Below are positions 36,901-49,927 of a stretch of DNA of 64,000 nucleotides, piece after piece (the first letter of the stretch is position 1; every line of letters starts with the position of its first letter). Source of the DNA: Azolla caroliniana (Eukaryota > Plantae > Polypodiophyta). Under the pieces are notes generated by a model. That model searched no databases. It was not told the DNA's origin and was given only the letters and a program-made list of their open reading frames with translations. The stretch spans positions 4,526,001-4,590,000 of the forward strand of contig JBHGNT010000017.1 of NCBI GenBank assembly GCA_043228905.1. The letters run 5' to 3'. The position numbers and the translations under genes are program-made.

Positions 36901-37832
36901 TGGCAAATTGGAAAATAAATGATGGATCAAATAAGTCAAGGCATGGAGAAAGTGATGAAAATATTAGATGTTTCAATAAACTTCTTCGACAGACCAGATT
37001 TACACAATGTACATGCATGTTGTGTGAGTGAGAAACATACAGAGAAAATTTAGAAAATCAAAAACATAGGGAGCATAACAAAATTTAGAAAATCAGAATT
37101 GCAACAGATTGCAAGTAGAAGAAAATTACAATGGAGAAATGTGACAAATAAAAAACAATGTGAAAAGAACGTTGCAATACATTTCTATAACAAAACGGAT
37201 TCTTTATGAATAGATTTAGACCATGTAAATTAGTGTAAAATCTGTGCATGTATCAGTGAGAGGAAGAAAACAAGGAAGCAAATTTTTCAAGCATGCAACA
37301 ACGAAAACAAACTTCATCAGTCACCTTGGACACTGAGTGATTTCTTTAAAAAAAAAAAGATTTACGATGTATATGATAACTGGAAGAAGGAGAAAAGAGA
37401 GACGAGAGAGGAAAAGATTTACAGTTTTTTCACAACATTTTTCAGACAAAAAAGATTTCTATTATATTGAAAACCTTGGCCTGAGAGACTAGATAAAAAA
37501 GAATGCCAAAAAGAAAGAGAGGGATCATACAAGAAAGTAGATAACCAGAATTACAAAGCATTTGGGGGAGAAATGATGCACGGAAGAAGAAGAAGAAGAA
37601 ATCATGTTTGAAGAACGTAGTTTCAACACCAATTCATGAGAGAAAGGGGGGAGGATCGAAGCGATTTACATTACATTTAGTACAAGCTTTGCACATGCAG
37701 CAGTGAGAGGCAAAGATCGGAGAGAGAATGCACCTGGAAGTAGAGAAGCAGAAGCGCGAGGCGTTGGAGGTTGTCGTAGGCTTGAAACCACGACCAGATT
37801 TGGACGGTGGCAGCGAGGAGGAAGCGAAGCAT
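30968..37832 (-). CDS. Conserved uncharacterised plant multi-pass transmembrane protein, 4 coding exons
   Basis: Exons 37832-37734, 36687-36494, 35959-35560, 31033-30968, in frame across GT-AG junctions. Translation: 'YDNLQRLALLLLYFQ-VGCSLIGSLG..NLAISLFALVAIESGSQVLGRSYGVLL..LLLDIAWFILFS..DEVLGGSIYNPTYYSSLF'. The last exon is less certain. Confidence 0.8.
31205..31572. repeat. Tandem duplication, ~190-bp unit x2 (intronic)
   Basis: atatgatgattg.tcaggcaccaagacttctgaactct...gaggaccagaagaaaaggaaga occurs twice. Confidence 0.9.
31989..33682 (-). mobile_element. Ty3/Gypsy pol fragment (protease + RT), no LTRs, GC-rich, intronic
   Basis: Protease 'ALIDHRSEINLMS' (33390-33680); linker 'TKYKNVDRKVRPVATPL'; RT 'PYSNRWFTVPKK..IQDLQSVNKVT..GDLYSRYGQF..LPQGGTNS..PFLDDILI'. 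Confidence 0.9.
33824..35212. repeat. Direct tandem duplication of ~695 bp (33824-34519, 34520-35212)
   Basis: Near-identical copies; the duplicated ORFs 34009-34362 and 34688-35014 reflect it. Confidence 0.95.
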
Positions 37833-37915
37833 GGCGATGGCGATGGCGATGGCGATGGCTCCCCGCCCGCCACAGATCCAAGTACAAAGGAAGCACCACA
37901 CACACACACAGAAAC

Positions 37916-37960
<45 letters not shown>

Positions 37961-38086
37961 TATCGGAGGAGTCCGCTTTACGTTTTCTTTTTGAGTTGGA
38001 TCGAATATGTATGTATATGATTTTTAGCTTCTTTTTCTAGATACATGATAAGTGAAGGGCTACTCTCTCTCTCTCTCTCTCCCCAC

Positions 38087-38317
38087 CTAATCATGTGATT
38101 AAATGCCATAAGCACGTGACTTGAAGGATTAGACGGGCTGCTAATCGCGTGATTAAAATGGATTCCATAAGCCCCTCACTTGAAGGATTAGATGGGCTTC
38201 TAATCACGTGATTAAAATGGATTCCATAAGCCCCCTCACTTGAAGGATTAGATGGGTTGCTAATCACGTGATTAAAATGGATTCCATAAGCCCCCTCACT
38301 TGAAGGATTAGACGGGT
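38087..38317. repeat. Four ~55-60 bp tandem units, each with a TAATCACGTGATTA-type palindrome (G-box core)
   Basis: Units start at ~38087, 38141, 38200 and 38260; perfect CACGTG at 38113, 38205 and 38265. Confidence 0.9.
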
Positions 38318-38549
38318 GTTTCGGAGGCTTGATAAAATGAATGATTAAGCCTCTGCACGCCCATCCGTCCGGACGAAAATGCTCTTGTGCCTTTCGAATT
38401 GGCCAACTAGCGACTAAACCTCTCTAATTCTCGAAAAGTGCCTTTTCTACTCATCATGATTCATCTTCGTGACTTGCGTGTGTGAAAATTTTCCAATTTC
38501 GCAATATATGGTGATATGATCGATATAGCTTTGTCCAATTTGTGACTAT

Positions 38550-38645
38550 TCCAAAGAAGACATGGAAGGCATTGGGTATGCATTGACTATCGGAACCTCA
38601 ATGTTGCTATAATACTCGACTCTTTCCCACTCCCCTTCATCGACT
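38550..38645 (+). mobile_element. Tiny Gypsy RT remnant
   Basis: 'PKK...VCIDYRNLNVAIILDSFPLPFID'. Confidence 0.65.
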
Positions 38646-39329
38646 TCACTTGACTCTCTCTCTCTCTCTCTCTCTCTAAGGAATCATTTCCCTCCACTTT
38701 GGAGTTTATACTCTCGAATTGTGAAAGGGACATTGACGTGATATTATTATATCAAGAATAGTTGTAGAGGTGAAACTATAAACCTGTTGTAGTTGTTCCT
38801 CCCCTAAAGCTAAAGCATACGAGCCTCTTTCTCTATGAATAATTGTTTCCTTAATTGCTATTGTAAGCCTAAATTTGTTGTGATCGTTTTAAGCTTATGA
38901 TTATCTTTACCCTATTGGACGAATGGAAGCTGGTATAAATTCTTATCGTTCATACATATTTCAAAGCCAGGTTTTGTAGGATATCCAAATGGTATCCTTC
39001 CTTTGGATCTTATGTCTACATATAGTTCAGTCCTAATTTCATGACAAAACATTAAACTGGTCTATCTTTTTCATATTTCGCATCTGGCATTCCATGCGCC
39101 TCTTGTATCTTCACTTCTTCTGATTAAAACCTTCCTCGTGACCAATTTTATTCCTACATTTTAAAATCATAGCAACAAAGACCCCGTTACGTGTCGATCC
39201 ATTTTCCTTCATTGGGCCTTATAAGTTATGGCCTCATGTGAGGTGTTCACACCTTAAAGTGTGGCCAGAAATTATTCCTTTTGCTTCTCTTTTCTTTGTC
39301 TGAAACAGAACCAAAAAGAGAAGAAGAAA

Positions 39330-39360
<31 letters not shown>

Positions 39361-39471
39361 AGGGAAAGAACAGAGGATTGGAAAGGGTGCAATTTCTCTC
39401 CGTTCTCCTTCCCCTTCCATCGCCATTCTTACAGAGAACCCACATCTCGGTCCCTGCGGACAAAAAGCCTC

Positions 39472-39697
39472 TCTTTCTGTACGACGAAGAGGTCACGTCG
39501 ATCCCTTCTGTGAAACCCCTCCCCTACCAATCGATCAGATTCGCGAAGGGAATTACTTGCCCTGCTTCTGCCTCACTTGATTGTTCTTTCTGTACGACGA
39601 AGAGGTCACGTCGATCCCTTCTGTGAAACCCCTCCCCTACCAATCGATCAGATTCGCGATGGGAATTACTTGCCCTGCTTCTGCCTCACTTGATTGT
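39472..39697 (+). repeat. 113-bp tandem duplication in the probable 5' UTR exon of the F-box gene
   Basis: 39472-39584 and 39585-39697 differ at one base; a GT donor follows at 39703. Confidence 0.9.
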
Positions 39698-40241
39698 AAC
39701 AGGTAAATGATTCAATTTTCTAAGGTTTCCGTGCAACAAAATATCCATAGAATGTTCCTATGGTAAAAAGAAAACGCTCTTGAGGCATGGTTTGTTTTAT
39801 GCATAATCTAGATAAAAGGTTTCTTTGGACCATCTAGGTGAACCTTTTCAAATAGATCTATGAATAAAAAGAAGCATTCAAGTCATAGTTGATTAGGGAG
39901 CTAAAAAGAAAACCGTAGTAAAGGGGAAAACAGGTCTTCTTTCGTTTGCCATTTGTTTAGAATTAATTTAAGGATTTTAATCCAACCACGTTGTATGATT
40001 CTTTAACCAAAATGTGTAGGATTGATAAAATGCGGATTGGTTTTTATTAATATAAATCTGTTTTAAAGCCTTTAACCCAATCAAAAATGTATGTCTTCTT
40101 CAGAGAAGCTCAAATCTCCTGGTCCAAAAAGAGTTAATTTATAATAGTAGCGTCAACAAAATTATCAAAAGAAAAATACAGTTTTATATAGATTTGCCAT
40201 TGATCTAAATCTGTGCTAAAGATTTTAACTCAAAGGCAAAA

Positions 40242-41456
40242 ATGGATGTTTCGTTCACACGAGTTGAAGCCTCTACTTCCAAAAGGAGTAATACTTGTAG
40301 TATTAGTAGTAGTAGTAACAGTATCACTGCGACCTATAATTGGGAGAAGCTCCCACATGAGCTTACTGAGAAGGTGTTTTCGCACTTGTCTGTTCTGGCG
40401 ATTTCGGAAAGCCGATGCGTATGCAAGAAGTGGCATCGGATCCTCTCATCCCCGACATTCCTCAAGCTTTGGGCAAGATCAAGAAAGACGATAATATCAC
40501 ATCGAGAAGAAGAGTCATGGTTCTTAGTATACAAAAACTGTCATGGTGTTGCATCATTTAGCCCAAGCTCAAGCAAGTGGAGGAGTATTCCATTGTTTGC
40601 CAGGTGCTGCCTAGATCCAAAAAATGTCAACTTGGTTGCGTCATCGGGTGGGTTGCTTTGCTTTCGTACTCGAAATACTGAACAAACTAACCTTGTTATA
40701 TGCAATCCGGTGACAAATCAAACCAAGACCTTACCTAGTATGCTTCAAATTCGGTATATTGACATCGTTGGGATGGTCTTCCATAGGTCCTCCAACACAT
40801 ATCAGATTCTTGTGACTGGAGCCATTGAATCAGTTGCACCTTATAGCATAACAGAGGTCTACGATTCTGCAACTGGATGTTGGGATCACCATTGTAGCTC
40901 AGAACAAGAATTCTTGCAGTTCTGGTGTGAGGTACATGCCATATGGTGCAATGGATCGTTTTATTGTCTAACTATGCCTATATCATCCACCAGGGGGTTC
41001 CGTATATTGGTCCACGACATGGTTCAGAGGAAATGGTGTGATCTTGGTGTTGAGATGCCCTCGAAGGATCTACGGTGCCCATCTCTACTTTCTTGCCTTG
41101 GTAAACTTCTCTTAGCTGGGAAGATTGTGGTCAATAGGTCAATGAAGAATGTGTGCATTTGGGAGCTTGATTTGTGTACCCGTAAGTGGAAAGAGATTGC
41201 ATCAATGCCGAGTTTGCTTATTCGTAGCATCAATGTGCCACATTTCCTTGGTATGCGGTGTTATTCGAATTCAAATTTGGTTTGTTTCAGTGGACATCGA
41301 AGCTGGCAATCTGTAATCTATGACTTGTCGAGGAAAACATGGCAATGGATGCCAGAAAATAAGGTATTTAGGGGAAGTAAGACACCTAATGATGTTCGTG
41401 ATCGCAATAATCTCATAGGAATTTCCTTTGAACCTGACCTGGTAGCAAATGTGTGA
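40242..41456 (+). CDS. F-box/kelch-repeat (FBA-like) protein, single coding exon
   Basis: 404-aa ORF; F-box 'WEKLPHELTEKVFSHL..SRCVCKKWHRIL'; 'VASSGGLLCF..LVICNPVT..LPSM'; 'TEVYDS.TGCW'; C-terminal 'FEPDL'. Confidence 0.9.
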   Translation: MDVSFTRVEASTSKRSNTCSISSSSNSITATYNWEKLPHELTEKVFSHLSVLAISESRCVCKKWHRILSSPTFLKLWARSRKTIISHREEESWFLVYKNCHGVASFSPSSSKWRSIPLFARCCLDPKNVNLVASSGGLLCFRTRNTEQTNLVICNPVTNQTKTLPSMLQIRYIDIVGMVFHRSSNTYQILVTGAIESVAPYSITEVYDSATGCWDHHCSSEQEFLQFWCEVHAIWCNGSFYCLTMPISSTRGFRILVHDMVQRKWCDLGVEMPSKDLRCPSLLSCLGKLLLAGKIVVNRSMKNVCIWELDLCTRKWKEIASMPSLLIRSINVPHFLGMRCYSNSNLVCFSGHRSWQSVIYDLSRKTWQWMPENKVFRGSKTPNDVRDRNNLIGISFEPDLVANV

Positions 41457-42385
41457 TATTTCAATATGCTTACGTGGTTTGCCCTTTTGTATATGTTTTA
41501 TTCTTAGGGCTGCATAATTAAGATAATCAAGTTCCTCATTATAGTGTGGGTAAGCACACCCCATATATTTATTTGGCATTTCAAATCTGTTTTTATTTCT
41601 TACATGTACTAACTTCATTCAACTGTTGTATTATGTGGAGTGTTACTGAAGTCATCTTGCAAATCGTTTTGGAGAAAACTTAAATGAGCTATTTAAATTG
41701 ATCGATTGAAATACGAACTAGCTAACAGAAAATTCAAATTATCAACACACAAATTACCTATTTAAGGAATGCAACTAAAATTATTTAAATTTCAATGTAT
41801 TACTTTACCAATCTCAGATATTATTATTAGGTGAGTTACGTATATATATATGTATATATATATTTAATTTATATGTATGTTCTCCTTAAAACTGAGCTAT
41901 ATTTAAATTATTCTTCATACCACAATTAAACAACATAAACAATGCATATCAGAGCATCATTTTATTAGTATGCAAAATGAATTTATGAGGCTTGGAATTA
42001 GAGATGCAATAGAAATCTTGATCATGAAATAAAATTATGATTCTTGAATAAACATTGTTGGAGGCAATTTCAATGAAAAAATGCAAATATAATACGTATA
42101 TTGATATTGAGGAGACAAAATCCTTGTGATGTTTTGTAAGAATAGCACAAAACTGTATTAGAATTAGATGTTGAGCATTTTGTCAAAGACATGCTGACCG
42201 TTGGATAACACAAAAAAAAAGTTACAATTATGGTTTGATTAATTTGTCACAAGCCACCATTATTACCTAAAATCATAAAAATATTCCAATATTTGAGAAC
42301 ATTTTCTATTTACACAAGCTTCAAAAAGGTTACACATGACAATCTCCAAGTATCCCTAAAGTGATTAATTTTATATACAGTAATC

Positions 42386-42775
42386 TGTTTATGGTTGGGG
42401 GCTAGATGCTTGGCTCCACCCCCCTCCCAAGGGGTTGAGCGTGAGGGAGAGAAAGAACACAATTTTGAGAGGAACTTCTTCTATTATCATTCATTCAAGC
42501 CCCACGTGGGGTTATATAAGTACATGAAGGTTTACATTCACACACAACTTACATACACTCTTCCATATTTGCACACATGGACACAAATGTGCATGTGTTT
42601 GTACACATACTCACTCACTCTTGTGCACACTTGCACATACACTTACAACAAGGCTTTTCACATAAAGACTTTCACTTATCTATCCACATACCATCACACT
42701 TACGCAGTCACCCACATACATTCCTAGGGATAACATAATCCAACTACCCCTAACTTGTGTTTGAGATGATTAACA
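42386..42775 (-). mobile_element. Probable solo LTR (~390 bp)
   Basis: TGTTTA...TTAACA termini and a minus-strand TATA (cttatataac). No clean 5-bp TSD found. Confidence 0.5.
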
Positions 42776-43280
42776 ATCTTTTCGCAACAAGTCACAAGCT
42801 TCAACGATCAACCATGACAGATATATAATATACAAAATCAACCATCCCTAACCTAGGTTGAGATGATCGATTGTAGCAGGAATGGAAGATTTGGATGATC
42901 ATGCCCATCGTATAGAACTTTCAGGAATATTTGAAGAGTTTAGATGATCTATCATGCCAGTTAATTAATATTCAAAATGAGCAAAATGCTTAGATGTCTA
43001 TTAATAACCTACATTGACACGATCAACGGTGTTATGAATAGGACGTAACCTTAACCAACAAATGAATAATATGCAAGGTGCAAATACAAAAGTTGATTAG
43101 ACATTGGCTGCCAATGAAAAGCTCAAATACTCACCATTTCAGATCAAATCAAAATTTTTAGCCTCTTGATAATAATATTTCCCAAGGCTTCGAAAAAATT
43201 TCAATATATCTTTTACTCACCCCCTTTCAATGTGGGTTTAATCATTGGTGTGTATTCTTGTGAATGAGGGTAGAGATATT

Positions 43281-46200
43281 TTAAACATTGGAATCAGATT
43301 TCCGGACTATTTTGATTCCCTTATCAGTTTCCTTTCGTCGCAGATATAACTTTCTATGTCTATCATGTTCAAATTTCCCTTGACTATCGAGCTTCACTGT
43401 AGGTTCAAAGGGCGGTTTTTTTCTATGTTGCCCTTGCTTTTCTGCCGATCCTTTGTGCTTCTCCCACTTGTTATACAATGTATCCACTGCAGTGGCTGTA
43501 CTGATATCTACAGCATCACTTTCAAGGATGCAATTATTCTTCTCAGTCGATATAGTCGAATCAAGCTCTTCATGTGCAAAACAGACAATATCCGAATCAC
43601 TTAGGCTATCTACATCGATACTATCTGCAATGAGATAGCGATTTTTGGGAAAAGCTACATCATCATCAATATTACAGTTATTCTCATGGTCATGATTACC
43701 ACCATCATATTCTGACTCAGAATCCCATTGGTCATTTACATTATCACCCATATCTACTGCCTCGTATTCAGAACTTTCTCGTTCTTCCCACTGTTGCCAT
43801 GAAGTCTTGCCTCCTTGTTCCTTAGGAAGGCTCTTCTCAGCTGCATTCAAACGCTCAAATCGTACAGAGCCAACTTTCCTTGCATTCCCTGCAAGAATCT
43901 GCAACAGAAAGTTTTTAGTCTGGGTAGGTTATTGACATTCGAAAAAAGCTTGATATTACTTACTCCACAACCAAGAAGGTATAAATTCTTGATTTGAGTA
44001 GCAACTAGATAGATACCAAAATATGCAAATGCATACGCATTGCCAATCCTTCCAAGATGAGAACTGGACTGCATACCTCAAGTCTGAATTTCTGGAATTT
44101 CTCCTTGGGATTCTCTTGATTGTCCATATCACCATCAGAGTTCTCATCTTCAGCATTTTTTAATATCACTTTAATACTCTCACCTGTGCGTGGTATATAT
44201 CCAAAGGCTTCACAAACAAATCCAGAAACAGTTTCATAGTGATAAGGACCCTGCAAATTCCACCATTATAGAAGGATTTGTTATGGAGGTGGGCAAGTCA
44301 ACGACATATAAAAATATGGTAGAACTCCAACCTCAGGGATTTCAACTTCCAAAGCCTCCGTCAAATCTTCAATTGAAGTATTAGCATCCACATCAAAAAC
44401 ACCATCACCTCTTTGGATTATGTACCCTGTTTTCCGTCGAATCTCTTCCTGAAATTTGATATACATTACTATGAAAATTTGGAATCTGTTTTATTCTCTT
44501 CCGTAGGAGGAACAGAAGATGCATAGATCTTGACAAGTATCAAATCTGATAAGTACTCCCTAAGCCAGCAGAACTCAGGATTCAAGCTCATTGTGTATCT
44601 TGGTAATGTTCAATTACGAATCCTATTGTCATGTTCTTTTAAAGAGTCTGCCTCACGCCATTAACATGGCTCATAAAAAATCAGCAACTCCAGTACAAAG
44701 AGTTTACATAGATCCTGTTAGCTTGTTAATGGATTCCCATCCTTATTACAAAATGGTAGCATGAGAGCATAGGCCTCTCTTTTAATCTTTTGTAAGCAAA
44801 CTGAGATTAAACACAAGTTTTCAATAAAACCCAAAAATGCATTGGCTTAAATTCTTACCTTGGAATCATTTTCATCAAAAATTTCACCAACAATCTCTTC
44901 CACAACATCCTCCAGTGTGACTAACTGAATAACACTCTTATATATGAGATTTAGAAATGTGATTAAAGCTTCTATCTTAAATTACTAATTCAGCTGGAAT
45001 GTTACCCCAACAGTTCCACCATATTCATTGAGTACAATTGCCATGTGGACTTTCCTGATCCGGAACTCCCGCAGAAGGTTCCATACAGACATGGAATCTG
45101 ATATGCATAGAGCAAAAGAATAAACAATATGCATGATGATCTTATACTCTAGATATTGGAACCTGTGCATTGCATCATGTCCTCTTTATGCTTTGTGAAT
45201 GTTAAATTTGCCATTCTTAAACTATGAAACAAGCTTACACTGATTACAGTATCAAGTTAACATGAAACAAAAAATAGGCCATACCAGGCACAAAATAAGC
45301 AGGTTTATGAGCTATTCGACCAACTGTCATTTTCTGGAGAGTTTCAACCTGCAACAATTTTCAAAATAAAACAAGAATAAGGAAGGTGGATTCTCACTCT
45401 ACTGTTAAGGATCATAAAGTGAGGTGGAGGATTTAAAACCTGTTCTACATAGTCAAGCATATCCATTGCATATGCTATTCCAACAATGTTGTCAACTCGA
45501 CGCTCAAATACAGGGACACTGAAAAAAAACTGGAAGATCACATGCTACCAAAACTACAAACCATAAATCAAACAGATTTTGTGAAAAGAAACTTACCGTG
45601 AATATTGGTGAGTCACCCATAGATTTCTAAAATCCATTACAGTGGCAGTTGAGTCAATTGCAACAACATCAACTAGAGGGGTCATCACTTCCCGAACATA
45701 TGTATCTTTGATCTCAAGCACGTTTTCAATCATATCCTGTAGAAACACACACATGAGTACTCAACATAATCATTTATCAATTTCACACCATAAAGGATCC
45801 AAAGAGAGATTATACAATTACAATGAATAAAAATGTAGGTTACAGATTAATAAATGCTAAACTGAAGGCAAAGAAATAAAATTTGAACCCAAGAGCAAAA
45901 ATCAGTACATCTGACCATATCTCAAACACATCAGTGAACCTCATTATAGCATGACCTAACCTGTTCTTCCTCTTCTATGGCTCCACTCAACTCTGCACCC
46001 CTCAGCATTAACTTCAGCTCTTCTTCAGTAACAAATGGCTCACTGTGAACCAAAATATCAAATGTGTGATGTAAACCGGCACAAATAAGGTTTATCGGTC
46101 CATGAACTTTATCAGTGACTAATGAATGCAGGTTTTGCCCATCACTTGCTCATTAGACTATAATGTCAACACTTGAAAGACATTCGAAATAGCTAACTGA

Positions 46201-49200
46201 CAAGAAAAGGAAACAGAATAAAGATGAGAAAATACCCGCTACTCTTCAGCCCAAAAATCTTCAATAATCCCATTGAGATAGCAGTCACGATACGCCCAAC
46301 AGGGTATAGAACATATGAAAGCCATGCCACAGGCCTTACCTGTCACAGTAAGTCATTGCAATTTTTGATACTTACAATTCCTACAGATGCTAGCTGCACT
46401 TAAAGACAGTTAAAAGGCAATCGTTTGATAATGTAACCAAATTCATAGGGAAATGAAAACAAAATAATACAATTGCAGGATCGCATGTTCACTTTCAATT
46501 AATACTGTTTCTGGATTACGGCTCATTCACTTTTCAATATAATCTGGACCAGGATGGAGAATGACAAACTTAGTATTATTCAATTTTGTTGAGAAGGGGG
46601 CTTTTTATATAAATGGTTTTTTGGCAACTTTCAGAACCAATAACAATCAGAAAACACCATTCTCAAATTTGCCAATCTAGCGGGGAACAAGCGAAGGCTG
46701 TCATTTTATCAGATTAGCAGTATGGCTGACTCAAAATTTTATGCAAATGACTACTCTCTTAACTTGTGCTGAGACTCTCAAGACAATCCTCGACAACCTT
46801 CCCTATTTCACACAAACACAATTACACATACAGTAGCTCAATCCGGTAGACCATGTGATCTAGTGTTTGTTATACAAAATATTTTCTTCCAACGCTAGTG
46901 TTTACCACTATACGTGCCACCTCAGTTGCATTGTGGACAGCTATGCTTTTGGGGGTGATCTCTGTCAGCAGCAGAATGACAACCTGCAAAGAAGTGATAC
47001 CCTCTGAGAATTATTCATTTGAAGAAAAATCAGAAGAAACAAAGTCATGGAGAAATACTAACAGTCATCACTCCTGTGGCTGCAGTAACTCCCGCTTCCC
47101 CAAACAAGGCTGTAGCAGCATCAGTAACCAGAGCAGTGGCAGCTATATTGGTAACCCTGTGTTATGATCCCAAAAACCAGCATGCCTTAACAACTGCAAA
47201 ACTCTCAACAATGAAGCAATACTACGGAATAGTTACTGATCAATACGTTGTTCCAATCAAAATTGTTGTGAGAAATCGCGTAACATCCTGCTTTAGCATA
47301 TGGAACACACCATCTCCTGTTTCCTTCTCTGCCAACTCACGAACCTGAGTAAAATTTCGTGCTTTAATTCCAAAAAAGTAGTTTTCAGCAGTCGAAACCT
47401 AGAAAATCATTCTTTACATCTAACACTAAATTGCTTAAGTCCTTCACTTATCATTCTAAGGGCTTTTCCTCAATTGCTTTAAGACTAAACTGATATGAAC
47501 CCATTTCTCTATTCAATGTCATTTATAATGGTACAAGACTGGTCATAAATCATCATTGACTGGGAACAAACACCAAACAAGACTTGGAAAAGCAATTCTG
47601 TAGTTATTCGATAATGCATATTCTCTGATATGCATTCTGCAATTTTCATGCTTCATTGATGTCAAATATAGAAAATAGTACCCTTTCTACAAAACATAAA
47701 TACGACTGCACAATCAAGCATTCTGAAGAAGATAATCCCAATGAAAGGCAACCAATTTTCTAGAAAATGTGTCTTTGCATTAAAGGGACAAATGGATCAC
47801 TGCAAAACGCTCAAATTTAGTTTATGAAAATCGTTTAAGTCAGGTTACTAGATCTAAATTATGACATAATATTGATCTATGACTTCACAAATCAAGCTAT
47901 TACTGTCTGATAGGTGAAAGTTAGATGCATATCAGAAAGAAGATTCCCTAAACATTAAATATATTACTACTGCTTACTTTCTCAGGAGGTAGTTCTTGAA
48001 CCCAAGGCTGAATGATGCATTAGAATTTGAGTCTTTTGTATTCATTGACTACAGTTCATGCATGGAGCACAGAAGTAACCCTGAATTGCATTCTACAAAG
48101 GGAGATATCTATAGGTCACGTAGTAAAAACCTTTTGCGCATAACAGTGTTAGCATGCTACCACCATTCTAAGCCTTGTCAATTATCTATACTTCTATCTA
48201 TGCACAAAAACAACTTCCTGGGATTGAACAGCACAGATACTCGCTTAACGAATTATAGAGAACTGAAGTGAGTCTTAAATTTGATTCAAAATGTATGGTT
48301 CTGTATTGATTTGAGATTCAACCATAAAATTTTGAATTTGAATATGGAACCCCAAATATTTCTGCTTTACCTAAATTCTTTAGACATGTGTAAGATGATA
48401 TATATAGCATTTGCAGCCTTGGACATCTTCTTTGAGTTTCACTTTTCAATGTTATGAATCATACTTCATTCTATATAAGCCTAGGAAACAGAACCAAAAA
48501 GTGTCTACCTTTATTTGACCTCACAAATACTCTCCACGGAATCATAGTAGACTCCAGCATATTGTCAAAGGTAAGATTTCACATAACTCTTTGCAATCAA
48601 TCATCACATTACAAGTTCGGATAAAAGAACCTCAAAACATTCTAGATATGAGCATCTTATATATAGTATTTGATAACCTTGTACATGATTTCAAGTTCCA
48701 TATTCTACTTTACTGCATTGATGGTAAAACACTAACCTTCCAAGGCCACAGGGTAGTGATGGCTGTTTCAGACATAGAGAAGAAGGCAGATAATCCAAGA
48801 AGAACTGAAAGCAACAATCCTTGATCTCTAAAGACACCCATGACTTGAACAAACTTGGGCCAGACTGAAGAGAATCCATTCTTAGATTCCTGAAACAAAG
48901 CAGATGCAGGAAGCAGAGTGGGGTCGGCGGAACCCACTGTTGCATACGCCATTTTCCTTGATAGAAGATAAGTCGAGACTGAGATAGCAAGAAGAAATGC
49001 ACGAAGAAGAACTTGCCCTGTTCTCGAAGAAGCTACCCTTTTTTGCTGCTGCTGCTGTTGTTGTTGTTTTTCTTTTTCTTCTTTTTCTCCTTCTTCTTCT
49101 TCGCCATAACTGCCTGGCGAAAAAACTCTGGTGCCACTTAATCTGTTGAAATCCCAGCCATATCGTACCGCACCAGGTACGACATGTAACAAGGCTCTGT

Positions 49201-49381
49201 TATGGCGTCGGACAAAGGAATGCAAAGCAGGGAAGCGGAAGCAGCGATGGTGAATCAGGGTCTGGTTATTCCAGCAGAGCTCAGGGACAGAGGGAGGAGG
49301 GACAGGGTAACGGTGAAGGCGAAGGGGCTGATGGTGCTGTGTGGAGAAATTGAAGGCGAGGATATGCTGGGGGCACAGCAT
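43281..49381 (-). CDS. CBSDUFCH: Plastid DUF21-CBS-CorC_HlyC (CNNM/CorB-type Mg2+ transporter-like) protein, 14 exons
   Basis: Exons approx. 49381-48737, 47344-47244, 47154-47062, 46983-46907, 46339-46236, 46042-45961, 45736-45597, 45517-45440, 45348-45285, 45097-45006, 44924-44859, 44448-44332, 44251-44077, 43898-43281. Motifs: 'LSAFFSMSETAITTLWPWK', 'FLTTILIGTT', 'TEITPKSIA', 'VREVMTP', 'YSRVPVF', 'HMAIVLNEYGGTVG', 'TLEDVVEEIVGEIFDE', 'YETVSGF'. Confidence 0.92.
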
Positions 49382-49769
49382 ACTGAGGAGGATGCAGGGG
49401 CAGGAAGCAGAGGATTAGGGCGTCAGGGGTGGGCATGGCGGAGGAGGAGGAGGCTTCCTCATTTCATCTCATCTCATCTCATTACATTGCTCTGTGGCTC
49501 TCTGTGCCATGGATTGATGGATTGATGGATTAGCAGGTGCAGGTGCAGGAGCCAGGAGCAGATGATCGATGATGGATCGATCGTTTCTCTGTGTGGGAAT
49601 AATATGGTGGGCGTTCCTGCCTCGTGACGTGGCGAGCAGACCATCCATTCGCATAGCAGAATTATATATGTAAACCATCTCGAGAATGTTTCAATCATTC
49701 GAGTATGGTAAACACCCTTTTGAAGGTAAGAAAGTTAAGGTAAAAAAGTTTGTAACCCCCAAAAAAAAA

Positions 49770-49927
49770 ACATAAGAATGTTTGGATACCATACGAATGC
49801 GTATGAAAAAACGAATGGTTGCCAATGTCTTTGATAGCATACGCATTCGTATTAAATAAGAATGTTTTCCAATGTCTCTGATAACATACGTATTCGTATG
49901 AAAAAAAAAGAATGTTTGCCAATGCAT
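49770..49927. repeat. Short degenerate tandem repeat (~50-bp units, gaatgtttgccaatg..catacg.at.cgtat)
   Basis: Three to four imperfect units upstream of the DUF21 gene. Confidence 0.6.

Noticed and set aside
39261-39626. K-rich and E-rich ORFs upstream of the F-box gene
   Set aside because: Products of a (GAA)n microsatellite and UTR sequence.
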